Below are positions 25,977 through 38,374 of a stretch of DNA of 64,000 nucleotides, piece by piece. The stretch's first letter is position 1, and every line of letters begins with the position of its first letter. Both the position numbers and the translations under genes were made by a program. The DNA lies in assembly GCF_006345805.1 (NCBI RefSeq), contig NC_043012.1, positions 24,242,001 through 24,306,000 on the forward strand. The letters are read 5' to 3'. The notes under the pieces were generated by a model. That model searched no databases, had not been told where the DNA came from, and was given only the letters and a program-made list of their open reading frames with translations. This DNA is from Octopus sinensis. Lineage: Eukaryota.

Positions 25977-26171
25977 GTTATCGACAAGCTAACATGGCAG
26001 TCCAGAAAAATAGGACGAATGCTGCCGTTGATTAGCTCCAAGAGGCCATCGCCTCTAATTAGCTATGTGACACATGTGTCCATTATAACCTTTATAACAG
26101 GGGAGGTCAGTCGCTTCCCCTTGCAGGACTCGTCCTATTTTTCTGGACTGCCATGTTAGCTTGGCGATAAC
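25977..26171. mobile_element. MITE with ~42-50-bp TIRs and TA flanks (Tc1/mariner-type TSD)
   Basis: gttatcgacaagctaacatggcagtccagaaaaataggacga versus its reverse complement at the right end (1 mismatch in 42), with TA on both sides. Confidence 0.85.
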
Positions 26172-27059
26172 TATTAATGTGTTACCTGTATATGTTCAAA
26201 TGATAGATTTTTGTAGAGAAGAAGTCTTAATATGTGTGTTTTTATCTCCTATTCTTCACTTGTTTCAGTCAATAGACTGCAGCCATGTCAATTAATGGTT
26301 TAAGCTAGCTCTTTGGGGATATTTTTGAGTGGGTAATCTCCATAAAACTAATAATAGAACTTACAGAATTTTCTTTGTCATTCATCCTATGTTAAATCAT
26401 TAGTATTCTTTCAAATATAGGCATATGGCCTAAAACTTTGTGGGAGGAAACCAGTTGATGAGATCAGCCCCAGTGCCTTACTGGTACTTATTTTATTGAC
26501 ACTGAAAGGATAAAAGGTAAAGTCTATCTTGGCAGTCTTTGAAATCAGAATGTAAAACCAGAAGAAATGCAGCAAAGTATTTTGTCTGTCACCTTGCTGC
26601 CTTTGCTAATCATTAATATAATCTATATTCATGAAGATTTCAGAAAACTTTTCTTTCTTAATTAAAAAATTTGCCAAAGAACAAGACACACATGCACACA
26701 ATTCAAAATATCTAGACTTTTCTACGGTTATTTGTCAAATGAAACGCACCAACTCTGAATTTCACTTAATTCTTACAAAGATGAAACGTGGAAGGGATTT
26801 ACTAAAATAACTTGATAGTTTTTTTATGTTATATTGGTATTTGGAATGTAAATTACCAGAAAAGGATCTTGCATGAAATTACAAAAGTTTGGAATTAAAG
26901 ATTGATAGCATATTCACACTGAAATATTTTGTTTTTTTTCAGTTAGTTTTAAAAGTAGTAAAGAATATGCTAAAATAATTTCATCATAATTAAGCTGACA
27001 TTTTCGGAATATAAACCAAGATGAAATTTTAATAGGAATTTTTAATTTAAATTACTTGA

Positions 27060-27249
27060 CTCTTTAGCATTTAAACTGACCATATCCAGCCAAAATATTC
27101 TACTGGTTCTATGTTCAAATTGGCCATTTCCAGTTACTCATACCAAATATCATTCTAAAAATAATCACAACACTGAAATCTCAAAGCTATATAATAAATC
27201 AATGTGAATAAATAAGCATTAATTTTGACAGAATGTGAATGCCGAAGGG
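27060..27249. mobile_element. piggyBac-type MITE (reverse orientation)
   Basis: TTGA|CTCTTTAGCATT...AATGCCGAAGGG|TTAA. Confidence 0.7.
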
Positions 27250-29085
27250 TTAAAAAGGGGGAAGTTTATACATTAAAATCAGGGGTGGTGTTGGGCAGTT
27301 TTGGGTGGGTTAAGTTCAAACCTGGTTAACAGCAACCAAAATTATGAATGGTTGTGGGTCCATGAAAATAACACAAACAAAACAACACACAACTTTCTAA
27401 AGAAAGTTGTTCAAATACCATATATTTATGCTTTATTTTCAGTTATTCAACCCATAGACTAAATATTGACTTTTCACAAAAGTAACTTAAGCTTCTTTTT
27501 TTCTGAAGACTAATATTGAGAGAATCAGGTTTTAAAAAACAGAAATAAAGAAATAAAAAATGGCAAGGAGGCTATCTATTCTCACTTGAAAGTAAAAACA
27601 ACAACATCCCTAACCTTAAACTTATAGAGCTGACAACATTAAAACTTTGACAAGACAATGTTTTTTTTTCTGTGTGACGCTTCTTTACAATCTACAGAAC
27701 TTCAAAACAAAACAACAAAATATGGTAAATAAAACCTGGTCCTTTTCATATCACTTCCAACATGACAATCCTTTTTGGAGAAAAACATTTTAGTTGTTTT
27801 TTTTTTTTTAGTTTTGTAAGTTCTAGATTTTATTTTATTTAATCTTTTCTTATTTTTTTTTTCACAAAAGGAGTCGAGAATAAGGATTTATTTAAAACTA
27901 GCTTTAGTTTGAAGAATCCTTCAGTTTAAATATTGCCCCAGTGGTAGCAAGGGAATGGAATAGCAGCAAGCAAGCAAATTCAATATCAAGAAAAAAAATA
28001 GAGAAGGTGAAAGCTATGAAGAAAAACCAAAAAAAAAAAAAAAAAACCCCACTCCTCTTGAATTTGTGATGAATGTTCCTTCCACCACCACCACCAAGTT
28101 TCTTATGAAACAGCATCACAGAACACAGCAAGTTTGCTTTTAACATTGAGAAACCCGGTTACATGCAATAGTTTATTGGATTTACTTATAAAAATCAAGA
28201 GAATCTGACAATCAGTAGACATATTTTCCAACTTAGGTTTATATGTATGTCATTTCTGATCCTGATCCCACTCTAAATTTTAGGGAGACATCAAAATTTT
28301 CAACCCCTAAGATTTTTTTGCCTTTACAAACTTAGTTACATCTAGAATATATTCCTTCCCCCTGAGGAAAGGGCTTTCCACAAAACTTTTTTTTTTAAAC
28401 TAAGAAAATTTATTATTATTATTATTATTATTATTAATATTATTAATCAGCAAAACTTACAGAGTGACTCAAGGGTCAAGAGTGTCATGCATTGGTTGGT
28501 CCCATGAGAAACTAATTTTAGCCAATTAGTAATAATAATAATAATAATAATCCTTTCAACTACAGGCACAAGGCCTGAAATTTTGGGTGAGGTGGGGGAC
28601 AGTCGATTAGATTGACTCCAGTACTCAACTGGTACTTAATTTATTGACCCCGAAAGGATGAAAGGCAAAGTTGACCTCGGCAGAATTTTAACTCAGAATG
28701 TAGCGACGAGTGAAATACTGCTAAGCATTTTACCCAGCATGCTAACGATTCTGCCAGCTCACCACCTTAATAATAATATACTCCTGTTTTGAATTCTGTT
28801 CTCTTGTTTGTGTCACCTGACTTAAATAGCAACAGTTTGAAAACTGAGTAAAATGTAGAAATGAAAATGCAAAATAATACACCATACATAGAGAGAGAGA
28901 GAAAAGATGCATGGTATTAATCCACTGTCTCTTTTCATTGGAAATAAGTGAGCTGCAAGCAAAAATGAGAACCTATGTGGTGTGGTCACTAGACCAGCAA
29001 GAAATACTATCAGCATTTCTTACAAATGACTTTATAAGTGAAAAAAGGAAACAAAAAGGATAGATTTGAATCTTATATTCTTATA

Positions 29086-29215
29086 TGAGGGGATGCTGAA
29101 AAGTTCCTGGCTTTAAGGGTATCATGAAAGGCCTGGTTGGAGGCTTAACTTTCTAAGTTCTTTTACAAGGCTTAGAAAAACTGAAGGACCGCTGCAATAA
29201 GTGAGTGAATCTAAG
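29086..29215 (+). mobile_element. Mariner-derived non-autonomous fragment
   Basis: TA|(T)GAGGGGATGCTGAAAAGTTCCTGG is a mariner-like left end, followed by GLEKLKDRCNK*VNL, which resembles the mariner transposase C-terminus. Confidence 0.6.
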
Positions 29216-30000
29216 TCTCACTTGAATAACACTTAAAAGACTTAGTTTTTATTTTAACCAAGCTGAATGATCAAATACAAGCTCCTTAGAGGTGCAAATA
29301 ATATTAAGAGCATGGCATGACTTGCTAACAGAGTCACTATAATCAGAAGCATTCTTAGGAATCTATGATAAAAGATTCAAACACCATTTAGATAACGGGT
29401 ATTTTTCTGTTTGGTTTTCACTTTCCAATTCTTTTCAAATTTGGTGTATTGATGTAGTTTTCTGTGCTAATTATGGAACTGAAATTCATTTTTGCCATAA
29501 ATTAATAAATAAAAAGTTAATAGCTTTTAAAATTTTGGGCAATTTTAGCCAATCATAATCCAGAGACACATTTGTGTCCATTTTCATAGTAATAAGCTAA
29601 GCTGCAGTCTGCTTAAAGCCATGTACCTATACTTTGAATTTCCATTTTTTAATTTTTGCTACATAAACGTATTAATTTGTTTTTTTCAAATTTGGCCTTT
29701 TGATGTAATTTTTCACTTATTTCAAATAAATTATAGAAAAATGTTCACTAAAAATATGCAACTAATTGATTAACCCCAGGTCATCCACTGGTCAGACTGA
29801 CCCTAACACTAAACCTTAATTCTAACCCTCAACCTAGGTGCATCTCAAACTTTTGTTTTTGAATTTCTGCAATTAGTTGTTTACATAAACTGAACTGCAG
29901 TCATATAATGTAAGAGATTTTGGGTCATTTTTTTTTTCTTTAGTTTTACACATAAAAAATAAAATTTCTTTTCATTGATAATTTTTTCCTTTCTAGCATA

Positions 30001-30746
30001 GTTACTAGAATAAGAACAGGCTGGGCGATGTTTAGCGAGCTACTACCTGTGTTAGTAGTGAAGGGCTTATCCATCAGAATGAAAGTCAGGTTGTATGATG
30101 TTTGTGTACGAACAGCTATAATACATGGGCTGTGGCTACTGAGGAGATGCGAAGGCTTGAAAGAAATGAAGCCAGTATGCTTCCCTAAATGGGTAATGTC
30201 AGTGTGCATATACAACAGAGTGTGATTTGAGAGAAAAGCTGGGTATACGAAGCTTCAGATGTAGTGAGCAAGAGAGAAGACTGCACTGGTGCAGTCAATG
30301 CATATGAAGACAGTTGCATCAAGGTGCTGATCTCTAATTGCAGGTAGATGGAACACGTGGAATGAAGTAGTGAGAAAAGATCTACAGACACTGGGACTCA
30401 CAGAGGGGATGACAAGAGACTGAGACTCCTGGCAGTTTGCTGTGCTTGAGAAAACATGCCAAGCTAAGTGTGGTTGTCCTTGCATACAGGCTTGTCCCCT
30501 GTAATGCGCTCCAGCTAAGCATTCCTAATCTTGCAGGCTTGTGGGTGCTGGAGCATCTGTGCCAGTACTGCATAAAAGCACCCAGTACTTTCTGTAAGGT
30601 GGTTGGTGTTAGGAAGGGCATCCAGCCACAGAAACCATGCCAAAAACAGGCAATTGGAGCCCGAGCAGCTCTTCAGCTGACCAGTTCCTGTCAAACCGTC
30701 CAACCCACACCAGCATTGAAAATGGATGTTAAATGATGATGATGAT
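30001..30746 (+). mobile_element. 5'-truncated, decayed RTE-clade LINE: ORF C-terminus, 3'UTR and (GAT)n tail
   Basis: Frameshifted translation VTRIRTGWAMFSELLPVLVVKGLSIRMKVRLYDVCVRTAIIHG...WNEVVRKDLQTLGLTEGMTRD*DSWQFAVLEK matches the post-RT region of RTE elements. The 3'UTR contains GGTTGGTGTTAGGAAGGGCATCCAGC and ends in gatgatgatgat. Confidence 0.85.
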
Positions 30747-30894
30747 TGCCTCTTCTAACATTTCATTCAATTATTTATTCCTCAAAACTTCATACAACTT
30801 TCATCACAGAAAATTTTCACTTGATTTTAAAATTTCAAAAAAAGTGTAAGCCAAACAGAAAAGATCCACTTTGTTCCATACTATTTTGTTCATA

Positions 30895-31160
30895 TGCCAG
30901 CACCGCCTCGACTGGCTTCCGTGCCGGTGGCACATAAAATACACCAATCCAACCGTGGCCGTTGCCAGCCTCGCCTGGCACCTGTGCAGGTGGCACGTAA
31001 AAAGCACCCACTCACGGAGTGGTTGGCATTAGGAAGGGCATCCAGCTGTAGAAACATTGCCAGATAAGACTGGAGCAGCCTTCTGGCTTCCCAGATCCCC
31101 GGTCGAACCGTCCAACCCATGCTAGCATGGAGAACGGACGTTAAACGATGATGATGATGA
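30895..31160 (+). mobile_element. RTE-LINE 3'UTR-type copy with (GAT)n tail
   Basis: Homologous to 19826-20099. Confidence 0.85.
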
Positions 31161-31321
31161 TTTTTACTATAGATGCGGGAAAAATACAGACATACCTCAG
31201 CTTACATCGGAATTCGGTTTTCCGTAAGAACTCAAAAAACCATGTAACACAGAAAAATATTTAAAAAAAATTTATTTATATCTGTTTCAACAAATGGTCT
31301 GTACATATTCTTTTCTACTTA

Positions 31322-31735
31322 CCTACTCTAGGCACAAGGCCCGAAATTTTGGAAGGGGGGTGGCTAGTCGATTAGATCAACCCCAGTATGCAATTGGTAC
31401 TTAACTTATCGACCCCAAAAGGATGAAAGACAAAGTCGACCACAGCAGAATTTGAACTCAGAATATAAAGACAAAATACCTATTTCTTTATTACCCACAA
31501 GGGGCTAAACATAGAGGGGACAAACAAGGACAGACATAGGTATTAAGTCGATTACATCGACCCCAGTGCAGAACTGGTACTTAATTTATCGACCCCAAAA
31601 GGACGAAAGGAAAAGTCAACCTCAGCGGAATTTGAACTCAGACAAAGTGCCGCGCTACGCATTTTGCCCGGCGTGCTCACGATTCTGCCAGCTTGCCGCA
31701 AAATACCGCTAAGCATTTCTGCCAGCTCGCTGCCT
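31322..31735 (-). mobile_element. Two tandem family B SINE copies with different 3' tails
   Basis: Two gacccc-aaaagga-gaaag...gtcgacc cores. Related copies at 28557-28770(-), 26407-26610(-), 21905-22400(-, interrupted) and ~37840-37940(+). Confidence 0.8.
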
Positions 31736-33652
31736 GGTCTGCACATATTTTCACATGTATTTGATTCGACTTTGCACTCCAGTATTAAATTTTAGGCATT
31801 TTTCCCTTTTTTTTTAATATTTGTATGCTTTTAAAAAACGTCGAACTTCAGTTGAGTTTTTCTCCACAATTTTCTTTAAAACAACAGTGTAAAGTTGAAA
31901 AAGACTTAAATTGAAATGACTTTGGTTGAGGAATGCACGTGGTTCGGTTCAGTTTCAAAGACACAAATATTACAAAGAATTTATTGGTTTGTTTTTGGTC
32001 AGAACATACAGTTAAAATACCGGCATACTTGCTCATAAGATATTGGAGTATTTTCAACAAAATCGTTTTTCTGGTGAAGGGGAAAATTATTTAACTGACA
32101 ATTCCATTAAATTCTTTAAATATTTGCTTCAAAACGATATTTAATGAAACATGAATTTGACAGTAGGTTCAGCTCAATATTTACCCCATTTAAACTTATC
32201 TAAAAATACAAGGCATCACAAAGTTGAAGAGAAAAATCGGTCATAAAATTTATGGCAATAACGGAACCATTTGTTGATGCGTTTCCGTACAAAAGTAACC
32301 ATGAAAAGCCATAAATTGTCTGAAGAAAGAACTTGAATGGTGTGGAAAGAGCATCCGTCCCCTGTGGACGAAAGAAGAATTATTTGTGGTCAGTCAGAGA
32401 TAACATTACGTTGTGCCATTTAGTGATAAGGTTACGAGTACTGAGAAAGGTCCATTGACCGTTGCTCATAATAAATCTGATAAGGAAAAATCATTCACAC
32501 ATTTGAAACACAATTTCTGTATCTCAGCAACTAGATGTTGAACACTCCATATCAAATAATACAACTTGTTCTCCCTTCACCAAATAATTCAAAGATTTGT
32601 CATGAAATCCGACTGAGGGCATGCAACAATAAAATGCATTTGCTCATGATAAATTATTTGTTTACACACCCACACAGTGTGTGTGTGTGTGTATTCAAAT
32701 AATTTGAATAAAGACTCATACACATAAACAGCCATCAGAAAGATGAGAAAGGCAACAAACATTTTAAATATCTTATTCAAATGAAAGAGGAGCATGGAAA
32801 AATAGCATAGGATACAAAATTAATGAAACGCGACTAAATCTAAAAACTCAACATAAAATATTCTCTTCACGAGCGGCCGGAGTGGTTTTTCTTCCTGATA
32901 TATTTTATGCATCACAAAGTTAAAGAGGAGAAATTAAAAGTAGTCTTTACACATTTTGTTTCAATTGAAACATTTTTTTTTTTTTTTTTGAAACTTGAAG
33001 ATTACCAAATTTGATATTAGTGTGGACAAAAAAATTATGTAGAATCCAATAGAGAAAAGAATATTAATGGTTAAACACCAAAAATTATCCAGATATTTAT
33101 TGGGTCAAAGTTGAGGAAAAATTTCTTGAAAAAAATGTACCAGTCACCTTACATTTCAAACTTTCTGAACTTCAACAACAACTACATAAACTATACAGAC
33201 CAATTTTTACACCCAAAGAAGATGAAATGGTACCAAATAAGGAATACAATACTTGCAATGTAATTGGTTGAAAACTGGTGTTTTTAAAATTAAAACTAAA
33301 TTCAAAATTTTAATTTTGGAACATGATTCATAAAATAAGACCAGCTTTCAACTGAATAAGTTTAAAAGTAGGAATGTATGTGTGTATGGCTGTGGTCAAG
33401 CCAAGGTTATTGCTCAGTCATGCGTTGGAAGAAGGAATTTGAGCTAGAAACAATAACTTCTTTCTGTCACTATCTTTTTATCTTTATACATATTTCATAT
33501 ACATTTTCAAGTGTGTTCTGTTGATTTCCTATTTCTCTACCGTCTGGGTTTTTAATTGAATTGGTGTCTCTAAGGTGTCAAAATCTATGCTTATTTCTCA
33601 TAAAAGAGAAGACGTTACAATTCTAAAGAAGTTCACGCCTGATAGTTGGGTG

Positions 33653-33862
33653 GGTACTATTTAAGAAGAGTGGTCCCGGTGCGCGCACTCGCACATCCAC
33701 GCTAGCTAGTCGTGACTAGTTGATCCTACAACGACTACCTAGCAAAGTAAATAAAACACAAAATAAATATTGTTTTTTACACAAAGTATATAAAACAAAA
33801 AGAGTAAGGATTGACTAGACACGGGAGTACGCACACCGGGACCACTCTTCTTAAATAGTACC
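33653..33862. mobile_element. Foldback/MITE-like element with perfect 29-bp TIRs and a possible 4-bp TSD GGTG
   Basis: ggtactatttaagaagagtggtcccggtg (33653-33681) is the exact reverse complement of 33834-33862, and imperfect inner inverted arms extend it. Confidence 0.7.
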
Positions 33863-33957
33863 GGTGGGGTGTCCCCTGTATTGAGTGCTACATGCCCTTC
33901 GTATCTAGCGGGGCCCGGGTCAATTGTCTGCACCGCCACCCTGTTAATCCGGGCCTG

Positions 33958-34004
<47 letters not shown>

Positions 34005-34883
34005 TAGAGAGGGAGAGAGAGAAAAATATAAACACCGAACTTCAAAAAATTACATTCCATAATTAGAAATTACTACATATGCCATAATTAGCAAAACAGT
34101 GTACCCTATAACATCCTTATTATAAAACGATAAAAATTCCTCATTATAATCCAATAACAAATTTAGTTTTCTTCTTTGTAGAAATATAGAAGAAAAAAAA
34201 AACCCACAGAAATTTTAGAAGAGAACAGTTATGCCAACGTGGACTAAAATTGGTTTTTGTAAAACTTGGTCGCTTTGTGGCAAACGAGGTTCATAAATGT
34301 AAACGTGAAAACATAATACGCGTGCTGTGAGGGTAATGTTTTGATACTATAAATACCGGCAAGGAGTGAGTCGATACACGTGGTATTTTGCGAAGCCAAA
34401 ATCTTTGAAGAGTAAACGAAAAGAAAACAAATGTGTGCACACCTGTAAAACCAAATAGAACAGCGAAGCCAAAGCGTAATAAAGTAATTCAATAAATATG
34501 TAAATTGCGTTGAGAGTTTTGAATACAGTAAAATTAAAAAATTCCAACGTTAACAGTTCATAAGAAAGGTAGAAAAATAATAATAATAAAGATGATACAA
34601 GTATCTAGGGGTGTCCTTAAAGTATTTTCCCGGTGAAGATAATCTTTATTGATTTATCGCTCACAAGCCGGAGATCGATATTAGTCAATAGACGTAGGGA
34701 GATGAGAAACTAAACAACAGACATGTGCGTTTGACAAAAGAACGTCATCACATAAGCACGTGGTGTACGGTGAAAGCGTGTAAAGAACACAACTGGTCTT
34801 CTCCAATAACAGGCATGGAGTATCATACTTAAAAATTCAAATTGCAAATTGAACTAAAAATGAGTAAATGTTGTAATAATTAC

Positions 34884-34957
34884 CGAATATCGAACAGCTT
34901 AATTTGTTTTCCGCTTAGAACAGCAATTGAATTTTCACATGTCTTGATGGAGGCCAT
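34884..34957 (-). CDS. Putative first coding exon of a minus-strand gene, MASIKTCENSIAVLSGKQIKLFDI(R); resembles a WD40 beta-strand N-terminus, possibly WDR4/Trm82-like
   Basis: Start context aaaacATGGCC, 24 clean codons and donor CG|gtaatt (phase 2), located at the CpG-rich/CpG-poor boundary. The family resemblance is by eye only, and I could not find the diagnostic downstream exons. Confidence 0.38.
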
Positions 34958-36319
34958 GTTTTCGGTTAGTGGGGTCACAGGGGTTGTGGGGCCGCTTAAA
35001 TAGTGATAAACAGTCGCCTAACACTTAAATGATTAATTGTTCTTGTTGTATGATTATTTTCGCATTAGTTTACTGAAAAAAAAATGGTGATATGGCAATT
35101 ACTTGTAACTAAAAAAATTCAACTAAAATTAAAAATATATATATATAATCAAAATTACAACCGTATTTATTTTTATTTTTCCGTAAATTTGTACCCTCCC
35201 ACATTAGGAACTCGGCCGCTTACTGTTCGGATAATAACAATACTATCTCACATGTGAGTTGTGAAAAATGTTCTCTTATTCACAACACTGCTGCGGAGTT
35301 GGAAGATTTTGTTTCATTGACGAGTAATAAATACTACTGATTGATAATAAAATGAACGTAGTAAAATTACAATACTAGAGTTACTATAAAATTATTTCTT
35401 TTAAGAGAGAGAGAGAAAGAATAAATAAACTATCGTAGGATGACTAAACTAAATGCCATTCAATGTTAATATTAACATTGATATTATTAAAAGTAACAAC
35501 GATGTTTCAAAGGATTCTAATAAAGGAACAAACACTGTAAATATCAGTTTAATTAAAGAATACAAATAGATTTCCGTGCTGACATTTTATCACACAAGTG
35601 CGCTTTATATATATGTATATGTAAAAATGCATACATACACATATTTGTAAGAAAGAGAAATGAAAACTTATTATAACGCATACGTGTAGAGATTGCATAT
35701 TTTCATTCGAAAACCGTCCTTGTTTACAAATACGTTACAGTCTATAAAGATGTGAATGTTTACATACACACGTTTATCTATGCACACCAATAAATGTAGT
35801 CATATACCTTCATTCATTCATGTTACCTGTATGTTAACATACATATTCATATGTATACATTCATGTAGTATGCATGCAAAAATTACCTGTACATTTATGC
35901 ATGTGTGCATGTATGAATGCAATACATACATGTATGTAATTATATGTATGAAAGTAATAAAGTTAATGTCTGGTCATATAATACAAATACACACATACAG
36001 TTATATAATAGGTATACGTTGATATATGTGTGTATGTATGTTTGTATGAATGTGCGCATATATACTTTTCCAGTGTCTTATCAACACACACCCTTCTCAA
36101 TTCCACACGCACGCACACGTACAAACAAACATGTCAATTATCTATTTTTTTTTTCACTCTTTATAAGCGCAAAAGTTAATTTTTGTTAATATTTTTATGC
36201 CATTTTATTTTCTCATTTTATTTCTTGTCTTCTATTTTTTTTCTATCACTTGTTTCTCTCAAAGAATATATATATGTATTGTTTGTTTTTCTTTTTGTAA
36301 TTTTGCCTCTGATTTTTAC

Positions 36320-36430
36320 CCTCCTTTTTTCGCGTAAGTTTCTTGGCGAAGGCTGCGAAATAAGAAAAGATAATTGGCGTTTTTCTCAATCGCGTCGTGT
36401 TAGTTATAGCCAATGGGGCGGAAGCAATGT
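36320..36430. promoter_or_regulatory. Promoter-like motif cluster (E2F-like, CCAAT, GC box, ETS)
   Basis: TTTTCGCG (36327-36334), two TTGGCG, AGCCAAT (36408-36414) directly followed by GGGGCGGAAG, all in a CpG-rich patch. Confidence 0.4.
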
Positions 36431-36693
36431 TTATCATATGGTCATACATAATAAATAGGTACTTTAGCATGGGTTGATACCAAAACATGGAGCGCTTCCA
36501 CCGTGCAGGCCGGAACGAAGCAACTTGCAACAGCTGGGCGAATTTATTGGCAGCAGAAGACAAAATGGAAATGTTTTACATGGCACGAGAGGCAGTAGTG
36601 AAATATATGGGTTTGTGATTTGCATTTTTGTATATTTCATGCCTGTTCGTATATACGCAATATGTGTGTATGTATATATATATACATACATAT

Positions 36694-36764
<71 letters not shown>

Positions 36765-36877
36765 GTATATATATATGTATATATATATGTATATATATAT
36801 ATTTATATATATGTATATATATATGTATGTTTGTATATATATATATATATATATATGGACATATACATATATAATTG

Positions 36878-36921
<44 letters not shown>

Positions 36922-38374
36922 ATATACATATACTTATATATATATGTGTGTATATATATTTATATATGTATATACATATACATGCATATATATGCATATA
37001 TATATATGCATAAACACATGCATATACATACACTCATACATATACATAAATGTATCTCTACATGCATACACACAGACACACACATATATATGCATGGATA
37101 TATGCATATAAATGTGTGTGAAAATAAAGTATATAATATATATATATATGTACGAGTATAAATGTACATATGGTGTGTATGTATGTTTGTGTGTATATGC
37201 ATATATATACAGTAATTTGTCTGTATGTATAGAAATGCATTTATACGTGCATATACATTTCTATATATGTATGTATGTACATATGTATATATATGTTTAT
37301 ATATGTATATTCATTTATATATGTACATATATGTATACACACATACATATACAAATATATATATGCATATGTATATACATATATAGATATGGATGTTAAA
37401 TATGTATGTATGTATGTATGTATTTATATATATGTATGTGTGTATGTGTGGGTATATATATATATATGTATGTATATATATATATATGAAACATGTCAGA
37501 TAATCTGCCCAGTAAAAAACTTATTAAAACTTATTTCACTTTGTCCTAATTCTTATTATGATTTAATAACATTGTTTTTTTATTTTTTGATTATTTTCGT
37601 TGTTATCTTTTTTTCCACTTGACAGTAATTCTGTTATTTTGACGAGGCACAATACATCGTATTCATAAGAAAATTATGGGATGTTTTGACAATCATGCCT
37701 AACCTTCGCAAAGGAATGAAAGTTCTGCAAACAAATAATAGATAAACTGCATTTAATTCGATTTCAGTCGACCCAAGTTTGCCTGTCAAATTTCTAGGAA
37801 TCGGTGAAGTGCTTGACTGTCAATGTACGTAAACTGTATTTAGTTTTATCCCTCAACATTCTGAGTTCGAATCCTGCCTAAACCAATTTTACCTATCAAA
37901 TATCTAGGGTCGATAGTAAAATTACCAGTCAAGTACTGAAATTAAGGATCGATTATTTTGATTAGGTCTTTATTTTATCGCTACCATCAATAACCATTAT
38001 TATTCATCATTATTATTAGTAGTAGCATCATTATTTCCCGGTGTCCTTTGGAAAGGCATGAACGTCAAAACTACTACCCTAGTCCCATTCCCTAAAAAAT
38101 ATATGAAATTTCTTTATTTGTGACGAGTGAATTCAAAACATTGTCATTTACGCAAATTTATATTGAATGCCGGTAACAGTGGGTCGCCTTGAAATTAAAC
38201 ACGCTCTGGCACTGGGTTCAAATCTTCTTTGTGTATAAAATAAATTTCCGTGATAAACGCCGGGGTACTCAAAAACCTCAACGTATTACTGGTAATTATT
38301 TAATTTTTTTTTTTTTTTTTTTTTTGCATAAAAAATAAATATCTAATGAGTAGTATTGTGTTTCGTCTTCTGAA

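Noticed and set aside
31195-31312. Possible pogo/Tigger-like end TA-CAGACATACCTC
   Set aside because: Only about 5 nt of a matching right TIR, which is too weak to call.
33863-33955. Calling this an HDV-like ribozyme
   Set aside because: The pseudoknot order fits, but the P3/L3 consensus, the P1.1 GG and the short catalytic J4/2 are absent on both strands. It is kept only as an unclassified structure.
34347-34547. Minus-strand ORF containing FKDFGFAKY (kinase DFG-like)
   Set aside because: No other kinase motifs (HRD, APE, VAIK) are nearby, so this is likely a chance match.
36246-36563. Minus-strand 105-aa ORF resembling a mitochondrial targeting peptide
   Set aside because: It starts at TTG with an in-frame stop just upstream and no ATG, and the tail is low-complexity.
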